Positions 5,361 to 6,007 of a stretch of 6,007 bases of DNA are shown here, piece after piece; the stretch's first letter is position 1; each line of letters starts with the position of its first letter. The position numbers were made by a program, and so were the translations under genes. Under the pieces are notes generated by a model. It was not told the origin of the DNA, ran no database searches, and was given only the letters and a program-made list of their open reading frames with translations. Origin of the DNA: a virus. Lineage: Duplodnaviria > Heunggongvirae > Uroviricota > Caudoviricetes. The stretch spans positions 1 through 6,007 of the IMG/VR virus record IMGVR_UViG_2778261536_000003, one strand, 5' to 3'.

Positions 5361-5719
5361 ACGAATATCAGTTTGTGCTTCCATACCCGCCGTCGGTGAA
5401 TACCTACTGGCGAAGACGGGGAAGCCAATACTACATCAGCGATAAAGGCCAGAAATACCGAAAAGACGTTCAGCAAATCATCCGCCAACTTAAGTTAGAC
5501 ATTTTCACCAAATCACGACTCCGCATCAAAGTCATCGCAGACGTTCCAGACTCCCGCCGCCGCGACCTCGATAACATCCTGAAAGGTTTACTCGACTCCC
5601 TTATCCACGCCGGATTTGCGGAAGACGACGAGCAATTCGATGACATTCGCGTAATTCGTGGTGTGAAAGTACCAGGCGGACGGCTTGGAATAAAAATCAC
5701 CGAACTGGAGAACGTATGA
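5357..5719 (+). CDS. rusA: RusA Holliday-junction resolvase
   Basis: 120 aa; start overlaps the ybcO stop (ATGA). Similar to E. coli RusA as recalled ([15 protein letters not shown] versus [34 protein letters not shown] versus [31 protein letters not shown] versus GGRLELTITEM). Confidence 0.9.
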   Translation: [120 protein letters not shown]

Positions 5720-5904
5720 ACGCCACAATTCAAACGATACCAGAGCTTCTTATCCAGACACGAGGCAATCAGACCGAAGTGGCGAGGATGCTTTCCTGCG
5801 CAAGAGGAACAGTGCTCAAGTACAACCGAGACAGCAAAGGCGAGCGTCACGTAATAGTTAACGGCGTCCTGATGGTCAAACAGGGCAAGAGGGGAAGACC
5901 ATGA
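5716..5904 (+). CDS. ninH: NinH-like small DNA-binding protein
   Basis: 62 aa; start overlaps the rusA stop (ATGA). TIPELLIQTRGNQTEVARMLSCARGTVLKYNRDSKGERHVIVNGVLMV resembles lambda NinH (TIPDMLVEAYGNQTEVARRLKCSRGTVRKYVDDKDGKMHAIVNDVLMV as recalled). Confidence 0.85.
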   Translation: MNATIQTIPELLIQTRGNQTEVARMLSCARGTVLKYNRDSKGERHVIVNGVLMVKQGKRGRP

Positions 5905-6007
5905 GACTCGAAAGCGTAGCTAAATTTCACTCGCCAAAAAGCCCGATGATGAGCGACTCACCACGGGCCACGGCTTCTGACTCTCTTTCCGGTACTGATG
6001 TGATGGC
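5901..6007 (+). CDS. Q: Late-gene antiterminator Q, lambda type (5' partial; continues beyond the window)
   Basis: ATG at 5901 overlaps the ninH stop (ATGA). The translated N-terminus MRLESVAKFHSPKSPMMSDSPRATASDSLSGTDVM appears identical to lambda Q as recalled. Runs off the right edge. Confidence 0.9.
   Translation, partial: MRLESVAKFHSPKSPMMSDSPRATASDSLSGTDVM

Noticed and set aside
5079-5850. Minus-strand ORFs 5079..5384, 5294..5488, 5470..5850
   Set aside because: Antisense to ybcO, rusA and ninH, which have homology support and translational coupling on the plus strand.
1-6007. Insertion sequence, transposase, integrase, tRNA or attachment site
   Set aside because: No terminal inverted repeats, transposase or integrase-like ORFs, or tRNA-like cloverleaf candidates seen; the window is internal to the phage early region.

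Overview
This window is the early-right arm (immunity, replication, nin, Q) of a mosaic lambdoid phage or prophage of the enterobacterial (E. coli) type. Gene order: cI repressor (minus strand) | divergent operator/promoter region | cro - nutR - cII - O initiator with embedded ori iterons - DnaC-type helicase loader - small winged-HTH ORF - tR2 terminator - ninB - ninE - ninF - Rha/KilAC antirepressor-like gene - ybcO-like DUF1364 - rusA - ninH - 5' end of Q. Homology calls rest on comparison with lambda, DLP12 and E. coli DnaC sequences as I remember them; no search was run. The cI C-terminal domain, nutR, tR2, ninB/E/F, ninH and the Q start look lambda-like or near-identical, whereas the cI N-terminal DNA-binding domain, cro, the operators, the iterons and the loader are not lambda-type. 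No rRNA, tRNA, CRISPR array or IS element is visible. I cannot point to a clearly novel multi-gene system; the best candidates for undescribed biology are the Rha/KilAC gene inserted in the nin operon, the small wHTH ORF in the position lambda gives to ren, and the heteroimmune repressor/operator set.
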